Assembly (NCBI GenBank): GCA_030167865.1
Contig: JALAGF010004599.1
Coordinates: 1-64,000, forward strand
Source: Craspedostauros australis
Taxonomy: Eukaryota
Length of the DNA stretch: 64,000 bases
Direction of reading: 5' to 3'
In this document: positions 47,520 through 60,537 of the stretch, one piece after another
Position numbering within the stretch: position 1 is the stretch's first letter
Layout of the letters: each line of letters opens with the position of its first letter
Notes under the pieces: generated by a model
The model's database searches: none
What the model was told of the DNA's origin: nothing
What the model saw: the letters and a program-made list of their open reading frames with translations, nothing else
Made by a program: the position numbers and the translations under genes

Positions 47520-48905
47520 TTACGCAACGCCGATGGCCTTCAGCCGACGCTGATTTCGCACGAGGAAGGCCTGCTCTGCCTCTTGGTACTCCTTCTTGAT
47601 GGCATCGACTTCCTCGATCGCCCGCTGTTCAAATTGACGTATCGCATGCTGGAGCTCTTGAATGCGGCGCTCACGGGTTTCGATCTCAGCCAGACCGTCT
47701 CGTCGCTCCTGTTCAACAGCGATAAACTCTGCCTTCGCAGTCTCCAGCGCATCATGCAGCGCCTGCAACCGTATCTTGGACTGCTCACGTTCTTTCGATA
47801 GCTTCTCCTCGACGCGCATCGCCTTGCGCTCGGCCTCCGTCGATGATTCAGTCATGGTGGCTGTGCGTTGCTCGTATTCATTGACCTGCTTCATCGTCGT
47901 GTGGACCTGACCAATCGCCTGCTCGTACTTCGTTGCTTCGTCCTGAACCTGGGCCTGGATCTCCAGCGATGCCTCCACGGAGGCTGCAACCTGCTCCACG
48001 ATCATCGCACGCTTCTTGTGCTCGTCAAGGGTCTCCTGCAGCGATCGGTTTTCAACCTTTCGCTCCTCCAGCGCAGATCGCTTCGTGTCTAGTTCTGCTT
48101 GACGCCTGTTGGGCGATGACACGATCTTTGACCGCAGTGATTCCTCCTCCACTTGGGCCTCCTGGAAGGCCCATTCCGACGCTGCCAGCTCGTCCTGCAT
48201 CGCGCTGATTTGCTTCTTCAGTTGCTCCGCCTGTTCCCGTTGCGAGGACTGCAGCTTGTTGTTGCGAGCGATCTCCATCTCCAGACGCTGACATTCCTGC
48301 GCCAGCTCATCACGCACGACAGAGTCGGAGGACGCCTTTTCCTGCACGGCCGCAAAGTCCGTCTGCAGCTGCTCCTGTTCTCGTGTGATCTCATTCAAGG
48401 TCGAGACCAGCTGCTCCCGTGGTTCGTTGAGCTCCATGTACTTGCGCAGCTGATCCTCACGGAATCGCGCCATGTTCATGATCGCGGACAGTATGATGCG
48501 CAATCGCTTGGACGTTGGACTGTGCACGTCGCGCCACGAAAAATCGAACCAACCGCATGTCTTCATCAGTTGCTGCATCTCGCGAAAGAAGAGCACGTCG
48601 ACGATGCCGTCCTTGTGCAACTCGGCCGGTGCCTCGTCGGATGACGATTGGATGCGCTGCAGGACATCCTCCTCGGTGACACCGTGACAGATATCCAGAA
48701 GCATCCAGTACGCCTTCTTCACCTTGTCCTTGTGCCGATGGGGCTCGGCAAGCTCCCGCTCCGTGAGCTCGTTGACGTTGAGTTCTTGCAGGCATTGGAT
48801 GATCTCAGCATTCTTCAGCAGCGGGAAGATGAACGTGGGCGCATTGCCTCCTCCTGAGTTGGGCGCTGTCCCTGAATAGTCGCTTGGAAGGAAGCCTCCT
48901 GTCAT
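47520..48905 (-). CDS. NUF2: Kinetochore protein NUF2
   Basis: FPLLKNAEIIQCL, CGWFDFSWRDVHSPTSKRLRIILSAIMNMARFRE, followed by a long coiled coil. Confidence 0.9.
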   Translation of the reverse strand: MTGGFLPSDYSGTAPNSGGGNAPTFIFPLLKNAEIIQCLQELNVNELTERELAEPHRHKDKVKKAYWMLLDICHGVTEEDVLQRIQSSSDEAPAELHKDGIVDVLFFREMQQLMKTCGWFDFSWRDVHSPTSKRLRIILSAIMNMARFREDQLRKYMELNEPREQLVSTLNEITREQEQLQTDFAAVQEKASSDSVVRDELAQECQRLEMEIARNNKLQSSQREQAEQLKKQISAMQDELAASEWAFQEAQVEEESLRSKIVSSPNRRQAELDTKRSALEERKVENRSLQETLDEHKKRAMIVEQVAASVEASLEIQAQVQDEATKYEQAIGQVHTTMKQVNEYEQRTATMTESSTEAERKAMRVEEKLSKEREQSKIRLQALHDALETAKAEFIAVEQERRDGLAEIETRERRIQELQHAIRQFEQRAIEEVDAIKKEYQEAEQAFLVRNQRRLKAIGVA

Positions 48906-49440
48906 GGTTGGTGTCTGCTTCCTTTTGGTGCTTCTCGCGCCCTGATGCAGTCTGCTTCTGCTTCTGTTTCTACCTTAGCTCTGTGACGAGTCGCGACCTT
49001 GTCAGATGTTTGATTCTTGTTGTGCTCTTGTTTGATCCCTTGCTTTGCTTTGCTTTGCTTTTGTTGCGTTGTGGTGTGCTGAGCTGAGCTGAGCTGTGTT
49101 GTTGTGTTGTTGTGCTGTTGTGCTGTTGTCGATGACCAAGCAAGTGAGGCTTTGTAGCTCTTCACACAGCAACCTCCTCCAGAAACCAGGCCATCAACGC
49201 CAACATCGGCCAATCCAAACGCAAACGGAGAAAGATGTGAACAAGCACAACGATTTTGAATTTTGAACGCAACCACGGAACGTTAAATAAACGTTGCAAA
49301 TACGATGCAGTACATCAGTCGTGCATGTACACGACTCAGAATATCCGAACGTGGATTGCCATCTGGAGACATGGTGATGTCTCTGCAACAGAAGAACATG
49401 GCAGTTGGTGTCAGGCTTCTGCTCAAAATCATCGCAGTTG

Positions 49441-50673
49441 ATGCCAACAAGCCAGGCAAACGAGAAAAGAACGAGAAGAAAGAAGAGAGAGGGAGAGCGA
49501 AACATGGCGAAGAAGAAAAACGGGAGCAGAAGAACTCCCCAACACGAGGAAGCAGCAAGTGAAAAGAGAAGAGGACGGAGGCCATTGACCGACAAAGCCA
49601 CAACGTCGCAAGGACCCAGAGTGAAGGCCCGTGCTGAGAGAACAGAGAGGAGCTCGAGTAGGTGGTTGTGGTACTGCAGGGTCCAGATGGAGTTGGTGCT
49701 GCGGGCGATCTTGTCGGTCCTGCTGCCATGGCAGGCCGTGGGGTACACCCTGCGCGTGTGCAGCTGGAATCTGCTGGCGCAAGAATACATCCGACCAGCC
49801 AAGTACCCATGGTGCCCGCCGACTGCCTTGGATTGGGAGAGTCGAAAGGCAGGGATCGAAGCTCAGATATCGAAGCTGGATGCGGGCGTTCTCTGTCTGC
49901 AGGAAGTGGATGTCCGCCTTTGGAGCGACCTGTGCGAGTTGTTGGAGAGGAATGGGTACAGCAGAGGCATTCTGCAGGACACCAAGAACCACCCAGTTGC
50001 CACCGCCGTCTTCCTCCACGACAAGCTCCCCATGGAGGTCCATCGTGTGGAATCGAGGTCGCGGGCGTTGATCGTGTGCCTCGATAGCACGACGGCGGGC
50101 GGCATGGACTTTCTGTCCAGCACAGCCAACCCCGTGAAGCCCATCTACGTGTGCAGCCTTCATTTGGAGGCAGGCATGTCGTCCGATCATGCCGAGAAGC
50201 GATTCAGCCAGCTGAAGTCACTCTGGAGGCGTCTGAAGAATCAGATGCGCATCGATGGCGTCACGGAAGACGACGCCTCCGTCATACTTGCAGGAGACTT
50301 CAACATGCGCAAGTCCGATCCCATGTACACCACCCTCCAAAGCGGCAGTCTGGAGGCTCCGAAAGAAGCGCAGAAACGCAAGAAAGGGCCTACGAAAGTT
50401 CCAAAGAAGATACCGAAGTTTGTGGACGTTTTTCGGAGCAGCGCTGTGTTGATGAATGCGAAAGAGGATGATGATGGGTTGTCGGCGCGACTTTTGAAGA
50501 CCCACTTTTGCGGCGAGATCATTGACTTCGTGATGGTCTCCGATGCCATCGGCGTTCAGAACAGCCTCATCCCGAATCCTTGGGCTGCGACGACCAGGAG
50601 GCAGATGATACCTTGCAATTCTTTCCCGTCGGATCATCTGCCCATCGGCGCAGACGTCACTGTCTCCCTTTAG
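49441..50673 (+). CDS. Endonuclease/exonuclease/phosphatase (CCR4/nocturnin/angel-like) protein; start at 49441 or 49504
   Basis: SWNLLAQ, LCLQEVD, HL, ILAGDFN, IDF, FPSDHLPI. Confidence 0.85.
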   Translation: MPTSQANEKRTRRKKREGERNMAKKKNGSRRTPQHEEAASEKRRGRRPLTDKATTSQGPRVKARAERTERSSSRWLWYCRVQMELVLRAILSVLLPWQAVGYTLRVCSWNLLAQEYIRPAKYPWCPPTALDWESRKAGIEAQISKLDAGVLCLQEVDVRLWSDLCELLERNGYSRGILQDTKNHPVATAVFLHDKLPMEVHRVESRSRALIVCLDSTTAGGMDFLSSTANPVKPIYVCSLHLEAGMSSDHAEKRFSQLKSLWRRLKNQMRIDGVTEDDASVILAGDFNMRKSDPMYTTLQSGSLEAPKEAQKRKKGPTKVPKKIPKFVDVFRSSAVLMNAKEDDDGLSARLLKTHFCGEIIDFVMVSDAIGVQNSLIPNPWAATTRRQMIPCNSFPSDHLPIGADVTVSL

Positions 50674-51294
50674 AAGATGGCATCCCATTACACGAATGCA
50701 GGCGTGGATTGCAAAGAGACCCAAAGTAGATATTAGAACAAGTGATACGACTCACTCCTCTTGAGGGAGAGTGCAGTCCATAGATCTGTGATACTGGACC
50801 TAACACCATACCATACCTACCATACAATGGTGATACTCTGTGGAGTATTGTACGCTACGGATTGTGAGATGGAAGTTTCAATGTGACGATCGCCAACACA
50901 AACACGGGTACTCTGCTCTTCAACGACGAGTGCATGGACGAGCATGTAGATGCAAAGCAACGAAACAGCAGCAGCTGGCTCAATCATTGCGAACTGCCTC
51001 TCCCTCGCTTCCTCTGCTTTGCTTCGATTGCATTACATGCAAATACACTTGCAGCTGTGTCTGTATCTGCCTTGCATTCACTCAACTTCTAATCACGTAC
51101 GTGCAAATACATGATATTTGTATTTCCAGAGAGTGCTTGTTGGATGCCTGCCTTTCCGATGCGTCTTACGTTGCGTTGTATCGTGCTATGTTGCGTTGTG
51201 TTATGTTATGTTATGTTTATGTCATAGTGTGTAGCGTTGTGCGTTGTCGCGTCTGCGTCCATCCGGCTCATTCTATCGACGCCATCGTTGCGGT

Positions 51295-54200
51295 TTACTC
51301 GGAAATCAGCATCTCGAAGAGGTTTCGGCCTGCCTCGGTTCCATGCTGGAGGGACGTGGAGTTCACGGTTGCGCCAGCCTTCTTGCCCTTCTTGCCACCA
51401 TTGGATGAGGCGACGCCGATGGGATTGGTCGGGAACTCAGCGGCGCGGAGTCTGGTCTTGTCAGCTGGCTCAACTTCCTCTGCGGCCGCAGCCTCCTGCT
51501 TGGTCTTCTGGCCATTGGAGTTGCCATTCTTCTTCTTTTGGGGTGGCTTCTCGGCTGTCTCTTCGGCGACAGCTGCTGGTTCGGGGGCGACTGGAACTGC
51601 TTCGGCCAACTCTTTGATCTTCGCGATCGCAGCCTCACGCTTCTCGGATGCTCCCTTTTCGACGGTGACGACGAAAGTCTTGGAGTTGACGTCTATCCTG
51701 ACACCGAACTCTGTCTGGAGCGATCGCACGGTCTCACCCTTGGTCCCAATAATGGCGGGGACCTGCTTCTTCGTGAGTTTAATGGTTGTGCTTCCGTTGG
51801 CTTCCTGCCACTTCGACACCCATTCGTCCACGGCCTGCTTGGCGGCCAGGACCTTTTCTTCCTTGCCTGTGATGCGGAATGAATTGTTGCCCTTGCGCCC
51901 ACGAGGCATATCAACACCGTGCGTGGACTTGAACGCCTTGATGTTCGATCCGCCCTTTCCCATGAAGGCAGCCATGGCAGGCTCTGGAATAGTGATGGGC
52001 ACGTTGGACTTTCTCAGCTTATCGATCAAAGTCGTCAGTGCCTCCTTGGCAGTGGCAACAGCTTCTTCAGTCTCACCCGCGGCGACGACGGAGTTGGAAT
52101 CCTTCAACAAAGTGATGGTGCAATTGGTTTGCTTTCGCATGGCAGAGATCTGGGCACCATCCTTGCCAACGATCCTGGGGATGATCCATGCCTCCGATTT
52201 GTCAAGTTGGATCATGAAAGCCAATTTCTCACCCTTCTTGATCTTCTCACCCATGAGCTCAGTGGCGGTCTTCACCTTCTCCGTGTCAGCCGAAACAACG
52301 ATGACGGAGCCGATGTCACGGTCAAGGTAGACCATGCAACCACCGGCGTTGGCGGAAACGTCAGTCAATATCAGCGCCTTTCCGACGGACGAATGCAAAT
52401 GCTTGGGGAGTTTGACTCGTGCCAGTTCCTTCGGCAGGATGAATTCGAGGAAGCCGAAGAGGAGGTCCTTCGCCTTGCGGACGCGGCTGCGCTTTCCGCT
52501 GACGACCACGCTACCTGCGGACAGGTCGAGCTTGATCTGTGCCTTCGATTCATCCTGCATTCGTTCAAAGTGGCTGGGATCGCGGCAGGTGTTGCGGATC
52601 TTGGCGAATTGTGGTGCTTCGAGTTCGATGCTGCTGATGTAAACTCCAGACACCTGTTCCTTGAGCAGGGACACGGCGTCGCGGACGTCGTGGAAGTTTC
52701 CGCGCACGTCCAGTGATTCCTCTTTGTATGAGATGTAGACAGGGATGGTCTGCATGATGCGCTTGATGGCGTTGTTCTTGTCCAGAGCCTGCTTTTGAGA
52801 TTCTGCGACCTTGATCGATTGAGTGACGCGAGCGGAGGAAATGAGCTTGAGGATCTCAACACGGCAGGCTGCCACCTGAGCCTCGGGGCCGCGGATGGAG
52901 ATCCGTTGCTTTCGGGAGACGTTGATGGAAACGCCTCCGAACTGCTCCTCCAGGGCCATGCGTTTCTTTCCGCCCTTGCCAATAACCACGCCTGCGACCT
53001 GATCGCTGATGGTGATCTTGGCAACCGTGTGACCGTCACCGCCGTTCAGGAATGTGTTGATGCTCTCCACAGCGGCAGTCACGACAGGCTTGGTGCCCCT
53101 GATGGTGATGGACGAACGTGAGCGAGAGGCGTTGATGTCGGCCTTGGTTTCATCCGCGATCTTTGTGATCTTGCTGTCCTTGCCCCCCGAGATGAGAACA
53201 TCGATGTCCTCGTCCGTTGCTTCGATTTCCTGGATGTGGTTCTCAGCGAGAAAGGTCTCGAGCATCTCCTTGGCCTTTTCGTTGTTCTCGTTTGACCCGC
53301 GGAAGACAAACTGCATCTTCTCACTGTCGAAGTCCAGGCGCGTGATCTTCCGAATCTCCTCAAGGGTCTTTGAGCGGATGAGTTCGCGGAACTGCTGATT
53401 GCCTGCGTTAAGATCAGCGTCAATCTTGAGGAGCTGGTTCTCCTTGATGAGCTCGTCCAGCTTTTCGAGGGCAGTGTCTCTCTCTTCCACCGTGGTGGCA
53501 CCGACATGCGCTACCCCTGCGTCGCGATCCACCTCGAGGTAGGCATTGATGCCCGCCGTGATCTTCTTGATGTTCTCTCCACCCTTGCCGACAATTCTTG
53601 GGATGAGCTCCACGACGATTGGGCGGCTGACGATGAGGCTCTTGAGTTCGTTGATGCCCTCTTCGGTGAGCTCGACTGCTCCCAGGACCGCGCACTGCTT
53701 GGCCTTGACCAAGAGTTCTGGGTGGTTGGAGTCGCGCTGATCCTTGTCGAATTTGAGATATACGCTTCCATCGGCTTCGACGAGCTCTTCGTTGATCTTG
53801 TCCTGGATTGCCCGCAAGTGCTTGGCGGCTTCCGAGAGCAGGATGCGCTTGAGCATGACGGAGAGCGGGATTGTTTCTTCCACCTCCTTGTTGTCGTGCA
53901 GCAAGGATTCAATCTCGTCACATGCCTCGGCAACATTGGTCGGTGGGCCGATGATGGTCGCCTTGGAGCTTTCCTCGTCAACGCGCTGGACGTCGATGGC
54001 GACCATATGGCTCTCCGTCAGTCTAGTGATGGTGGCACCCTTTCGGCCCACCACGATGACGCTTTCGCGGCGCTTGAGCATCAGCTCCCGATTTTCCAGC
54101 TCGGCCCCTTCGATGATTGCGCGAGCAGTCTCGACGATGCCCGGCATGCCACGCAGGGAGACCTTGCGGGAGGTGCGGTCGACGTCGATGTAGAGGTCAT

Positions 54201-55846
54201 CGTGATCATTTCTCAAGGTTTGGACGAGCTTGATGTGCTTGCTGGTGAGGTAGGTGACGAGGTTCTTTGAACCGATGAACTCGATTTCGGTAGAGAGGGT
54301 GATTTTCTGAATTTCCCTCTTGGCCTTTTCCACGCCCTCCAGAGATCCCGTGATTTTGATGGCATTGGTGGTCTTGTCCACATCCATGGTGACGTTGGTC
54401 TCCTTCATGATGCGGTTCATTGTTGAGCCGCCCTTGCCGATGACCATGCCGACCTTGCCAGGTGGGCACTCCATCGTATCCGTGGCCAACTCGGCCGCCA
54501 TGCAGCCAATCTTGTTGGCCAGCTTGACCCTTGCCAGACCAGCCTCCAGTTCAATGATACTGGCGGCCATCTGCTTGATCTGGCTGCGCGATTCATCGAG
54601 CTGGGCCTTCGTTGCCTGCACTTCCTCCTCGTGCACCTTGTACTCCCGCACCTGCACCTTGGATTTTTCCAATGACTTGATTTGGCGAAGGACATCTCTC
54701 TCCTGCGCAAGGCTGAGGCTGGTGACCGTTCTTTCGTGCTCCAGGTCACTGCGGTTTGTTTCGTTTCGTTTTGTTTCGTTTTGTTTCATTTCAATTGAAT
54801 TCGTCGCAGACAATTTGATTTGATTGCGTCGGCAGGGTGATTGTATTTGAGGCGTTGGTTGGCATAGGTTGGCGTTGGTTGGCATTGGTTGGCATTGGTT
54901 GGGACATTCGTTCATTCGTTCGTGCGTTGGTCGGTTTGTAGGTTCGGTCATTCGTTTCCATCGGTGTCACACGCACATGAATGTGGTAAAGACCAATAGA
55001 ACAGGAGCACCAGGAACATGAAAGCAGTCCGAAACAATCCAAAGTGATCAAAGAGTGAGATGGTTGGTCATTGTCAATGAAACGTACGGACATTGTGCTG
55101 CACTGCCTTGCACTCCGACGTCAGTGGAGCCTGGCATCCTCAAATCATGACGAAGCAATGCACATATCTGCCACCAACACCATGCCAACGCATGACAAGG
55201 CACCATGACCGATCGGCGAGATGTGATTTCGTCTTCACGATCGTGGAAAGTGGCAATGGTGGCGGGCATTTTCGAGCAAAATGCTGTTATACTCAGAGCA
55301 TGCATAGTACGCATCAGTAAGACGATTTCGAGCAGGAATGAATACTCACGCGATTTTCTTGTCCAGATCTTCGACGGTATCTCTTGATCGTCGGTTGTTC
55401 TTGGAGAAGAGCCGTTGCAACGAGTCCTGCATCTTGCGGACTTTGGCCTGTCATCAGCGGTCAGCATGCGTCATGACCGTTTGTGATTGCATTTGTGTTT
55501 GTGGGGAATGCGAGAAAGTGAAAGATGCGATCGAGAGTGATTGAGTAAAGGGGGATGGGATGCGCGCTCTTGTGGATGGAGGATCCTTCGCCAACGATGG
55601 TTCTCATCGGTGATGCGGCGAGGGCAACCGCAAAGCGAAAGCAGGCGAGAGGAGTCGAAATGACCCCCTCTCTGCCACCAGAGACAGACTCCCACGGCTC
55701 GAGCCAACAGGAGGCAAGACGGGAGGCGATGACTGGACGCATCATCCGGGCGCTGCGGGACATCTTACCTGCAATGCCTCCTTGGAGTCGATAGACTCCT
55801 TGAGGCGCTGCTGCAGCTTGGTCTCCAGCTCGGTCTGAGAGAACAT
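51295..55846 (-). CDS. Multi-KH (vigilin/Scp160-like) RNA-binding protein with N-terminal coiled coil; exons 55846-55769, 55447-55350, 54748-51295
   Basis: Many KH GxxG motifs (VIGKGG, VVGRKG, IVGKGG, VIGKGG, IVGKDG, FMGKGG, IIGTKG). Two short upstream exons with canonical splice sites keep the frame. Confidence 0.85.
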
Positions 55847-56603
55847 CTTGTCTGTTTCTGTTTTTCTTGGTCGTCCTTTGCTATCCTTTGCGATCCTTTG
55901 CTATCCTTTGCGATCCTTGCTATCCTTTGCTTTGTGGCACCAATACCGATGCTCTATGCTTGGTCGAATTCAAATGCGCAACGTCTCGTTGATGTTGATC
56001 GATTTTGTGTCCTTTGCTTGTGCGAGTTGCCCGTGCGGTACGAGTAGTAGTATGGTACAAGAAGAGAGATCGGAGAGGAAACAACAGCAACAACAACTGC
56101 CATCGTTTGTGATGACATCGCCGCACTGCTCGGTTTGTCTTTGGCTTGTCTTGGACCACACACGAGAAAAAGGATGTCTCTTTGTGCGTCGTCATGTGTC
56201 TGCCAGATGTTGTCATCGGCGCACGAAAAACGAGAGCGAGCCGTTACTTCGCGGATGGGTTTTCCACAACAAATGACTCTTGCTGATGTGTCACACACGA
56301 CTCAGATACTCGTGAGCAAAGAAGATCTTTGTTTCGTCACTGAGATCAGTCGATTCGTTGCATGACTCGCTGTGATCTAGTCGTATCGCCAAAACTGGCA
56401 GAGGCCACGTTCAGTTCAATGCCGCGATCTTGGGGATCTACCTGTCTATTATGATTATACTTTATTCATTGACATCATTCTTACAAACGATTGTGGACGC
56501 TTTACTTCCGACACACACACTCGTACACGAACATGCCCAATGTAAACAAGGCTTATTGTACCCGAACTTGCCCCGTGAGGAATGCAAACTGCTCTAGAGT
56601 AGT

Positions 56604-59600
56604 TTACGTGGAGTCGTCATCGCTGTCGTCAACCTGGGCATCGTCTATGCCGTCGCTGTCGGCATCCGCGTTCGACTTTCCTCCCTGCTTCTTCTTCGCG
56701 TAAGCGGCCATGGCGCGTTTGTAGCGATCCTTGTCGGTGGCGGCCATGGCATCGTACTTGGCCTTCTCCTTGGGAGACAGCGCGCCGAATTGACGTGCGA
56801 TAATCTTTGCCTGTGAAATGCGGAGTACCAATATCGTTGGGTTGTGTGGCGTTGCGTCGCGGGTTAGATGGTTGGAACCAAGGCATGAAGTATGGAGGGC
56901 GCCAGCATACGCCGTGATTCTGCACGTTGAAGAATGCAGACAGTCGACTCAGATCCGCATCCGCAGGTACGCAAGCAATACACAGAGAATGATGCATGAC
57001 TTACCAGGTCGCCAAATTTCGCTTCTGGGTTCTCCTCCTGGGCTCGGGCTCTGTTCTCGCGCATGTAGAGGTTGTACGCCGACAGAGGTTTCTTGGGTTC
57101 GTTGGGGTCCTTCTTCTTCTTGCCACTGGCGACGGTCCCCTCAGCGGGTGTGTACGATTGCATCTCGCGAGTGTAACGAACCTTGTCTTTTGCGGACTGT
57201 GCGTGAGAGAGTAACGGAGCAGACGATAGCGTGAGATCAGAGCGTGTGAGAGAATGAAGAGATTGCACTCCCACTTGTGTCGGACAAAGGACTTCATGGG
57301 AGAGCTGCGCAACACGAAACACGCGCAACAACAAGGTCAACGAGTCGAATTCATGTGGGTCCTTACGATTTTGTCATATTTCGCCCTTTCTTCTGGAGAT
57401 AGAGCCTTGAAGGCCTTGGCAGCGAGCTTCGTCTATAATACAAAGTGTGTATGTGTGTGGCAGCACGAATGAAATGAGAGCAATTGGAACATATAAAGCA
57501 GAAAGCACAAAGGCAAAAGAAGCGGGTGTTAGAAATGTCTCGAAGCTTTTGCAGCGGTCAATTTCCACAGCCATCATCGACCTGTACAACAGCTGTGAAA
57601 CAGCGCCATGTGCAGCTCGCAAACAAGAACATACAACCACCGCAAGACCTGCAACACCGTACTCGTCTACTCTGATCGCAATCATCCGATATGTTCGCAT
57701 AACAATTTGAGTGCATGCATCAAGACAACGCTCCAAATCAACACTCGTGTCACTTACGATGTCTCCAAACGAAGCACCCTGGTTCTCTTGTTGCACCTTC
57801 GACCGATGCTCTGCCATGAAAAGCAGGTAGCTGGATTTGGGCTTCTTGGGTGCGTTAGGGTCCTTCTTTGCCTTGCCTGCCGCTTTCATGTTCTTGTCCG
57901 GGCCATCGTAGCCCTCCATCTCCGTGTTGTATCTCTGCCTGTCCTTTGCGACCTTCTTATCCCACGAGGCTCGCTCTTCGCTGGTGAGCTCCTTGAATTT
58001 GGCAGACACGAGCTTGGTGATGGTGCCAAAGTCGGCATCCGGGTTGTCTTGGGACACCTGCGATCGCATCGTGGCGGAGAAGAGCTGCCATGCGGACCGT
58101 GCCTTCTTCGGTGCCTTGGGGTCTTTCTTCTTGCGTTTGGGTGCACTGGCCCCCTTGCGTTTCTTTTCGCCAGCGCCATCATTGTCATCATCAGCGTCGT
58201 CATCTTCGTCATCCCTGGAACGCTTCTTCTTCTGTTTCTCGGGAGCGGCTCTGTTGGCGGCTTCCTCGAGATCGGAATCCAGATCGTCATCAATCTCGGA
58301 TCCCATTTCGTCATCGTCCAGATCCGATGAGCCGCTGACCTCATCGTCATCGTTCGCTGCGTTCTCATCATACTCTTCGTCATCGGATTCGTCGCCCATC
58401 CCATCATCAGGTCCTCCGTAGATCTGGTTCTCATCGTAGACCGGCGTTGCGACGACTTCGACGGGCTCGCGCAGGTTCTTGATGCGGATCTTCTTGTCGT
58501 GCAGGAAGCTGTATAGACTGGCGTAGTCTGATCGATCGATGCCGGAGAACATGTACTCCTGCTGTCCCTGTCCCATGGTGGCGTCGCTCTTGAGGGTGAC
58601 GCTGAGATCGAAGTTCCTGGTGGATCCGGAACCTCCGGCGTAACGTTGGAATTCGACACTTTCGATTTCGTTGAAACGAACGAGGATGGGTGGTTTGTGG
58701 ATGAAGACGAACTGCTTCTCCAGCGGGTAGAGCAATCCCTCGTTGGCTCGCAGCGCGCACTTGACGCAGCTCTGCTGGTTGGCGTTGGCGAATTTACCGG
58801 GCACGAAGACCTTCTTCTTGGCGATGACCTTGAACGTCTTGGCAACGAGATTGGAGAGCGATCCGCGCATGACGGGCTGCAGGTCGCCGTTATATGCCTT
58901 CTTGAGAGTATTTTCGTCCAGGTTGACGGTGACCTCGTCGGGATCCTTCGTGGTTTGCAACACGAGATGCTGATAACGTTGCTGCCCTTGTCGAATTGGC
59001 TTGTCCAACGCAACCACGAAGGCCATGTGGACCTCGTCAGGTTTGGGCAGCAAGAAGAGACGCGATATATCGTCGTATTTGATCTTGTAATCGTACTTTT
59101 GGCCTCGCATTCGGAAGAAGCGTTCGTCTGCGAGAATCAAGGAATGCGGGGGGCAGTCAATCACATGAATGCAGATGAGAAATGAATGCAAATGAAAGCA
59201 AATAATGCAAAGCGGGCAGCGAGTATCGGAGGAAAAGAAAGCAGAGAAGTGTACATTGGAGAGAAATGAATGGATGAATGAACGTCGTGTCAGCACGGAT
59301 GGATGGTTCAGACGTGGACATAGTCAATGGCTGATTCTGCTCAAACAGCCAGTCCTTCCTGTATACTCGTGAAGTAGCCACATGTTCGCAAGGCAATGAC
59401 TGAAAGTTTGCCATACAGCATCAAGGTGCACTTACAAAGCTCGATGGAGTACCTTCCACGCGGGGTGAGGAAGCTGCCCTTGTCGTGATCGAACTCAACA
59501 ATGACATCGCCCGTGGTTTTGCGGATATTGGCAGTCGCCATGATACGCTGTTGCAGCAGCTCCGCCGCCGTCTTGAGAGTCTTGTCAGCTGGGTCCATGT

Positions 59601-60219
59601 CTGGCTCGGGTGGAATGTAGAAGCGGATGCTGACCAGCTGGTCATTGTTGGCTTCGACAGCGTCTGACTCTGGGAACTGCAGCTCGATTTCATTTCGGTT
59701 GTTTCCGGGAAGGACACACTGCGAGACTTCCGCCAGGTTGAGGGAGCAGAGCTCGTCACCCTCCCTGGGCTCGAACTCCTCCCCCTCCTCGTCGGCATCC
59801 TCGAGGATGCAGTGTCGGAACGTGAGCTTCTTGCCGCTCATTTGTGACAATCCGTACTGCGTTCCGGAGGCGCTCATGTTGTGCTTGGTGATATCCATGT
59901 CGAGGTTCTGCTTGAAGCATTCCTTGAGGCGGTCGACTTGATCTGCTCCGAAGCCATCGAATCGGTACTCGTGGAGGAGCTTGGACGAGGAGTGCGTCTG
60001 CAGTCGGATGTAGCCGTACCTTCCAAACACGGTCCACAGGATTGCCTTGATGGAGTCCTTTGGGATCTTCTTGGAGGTCTGATTGCCAACCGAGTCAATG
60101 TTGTGCCCCAGCAGCGCCGAGCTCCACACGATGCCCTTGTGGTCGCACGCGAAGGTCCCCACGGAGTGTCCGTGCAGACCGATGTGCTTCCAGGACAGCG
60201 GTGCTCCTTCTTGCGCCAT
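56604..60219 (-). CDS. SSRP1: FACT subunit SSRP1/Pob3 with three C-terminal HMG boxes; exons 60219-59436, 59127-57758, 57432-57367, 57196-57005, 56810-56604
   Basis: RFDGF, FLTPRGRYSIELY, RGQKYDYKI.Y..I.RLFLLPKPD, PIRQGQ.RY, NEGLLYPLEK.F.FIHKP, an acidic tract, and three KDP.(A/E)PKK HMG boxes. Confidence 0.95.
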
Positions 60220-60315
60220 GGTCAATGTATCTCTCCGTGCTGGGTTGCGTTTTCTTGTGACTCTGTCCTGGTATTCTGTGCCTTGTGTTATTTCTGTGCC
60301 TTGTGTTGTTGTTGC

Positions 60316-60396
60316 TGTGAGTGTTGTTACTGTGAGTGTTGTTACTGTGAGTGTTGTTACTGTGAGTGTTGTTACTGTGAGTGTTGTTACTGTGAG
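60316..60396. repeat. 15-bp tandem repeat (CTGTGAGTGTTGTTA) x~5 upstream of SSRP1
   Basis: Directly visible. Confidence 0.9.
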
Positions 60397-60494
60397 CGAT
60401 GCTGGTGCTGTTCAAAACTTGCCGCTGCTCGTGCTCATCCACTGTCACGTGATCTGGTTGCGCCCTTGCTCTTGGCTTTCTACTGTCGTCTTAT

Positions 60495-60537
60495 TCGTTC
60501 GGTTGTTCGTTCGGTTGTTCGTTCGGTTGTTCGTTCG
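60495..60537. repeat. 12-bp tandem repeat (TTCGTTCGGTTG) x~3.5
   Basis: Directly visible. Confidence 0.8.

Noticed and set aside
50840-52330. 496-aa plus-strand ORF
   Set aside because: Antisense to the KH gene, with an N-terminal part made of simple-repeat 3' UTR sequence.
13695-60219. Functional cluster of chromatin and nuclear genes (SET, SMARCAL1, MED10, NUF2, SSRP1)
   Set aside because: They are interspersed with unrelated metabolic genes, and nothing in the sequence indicates co-regulation.
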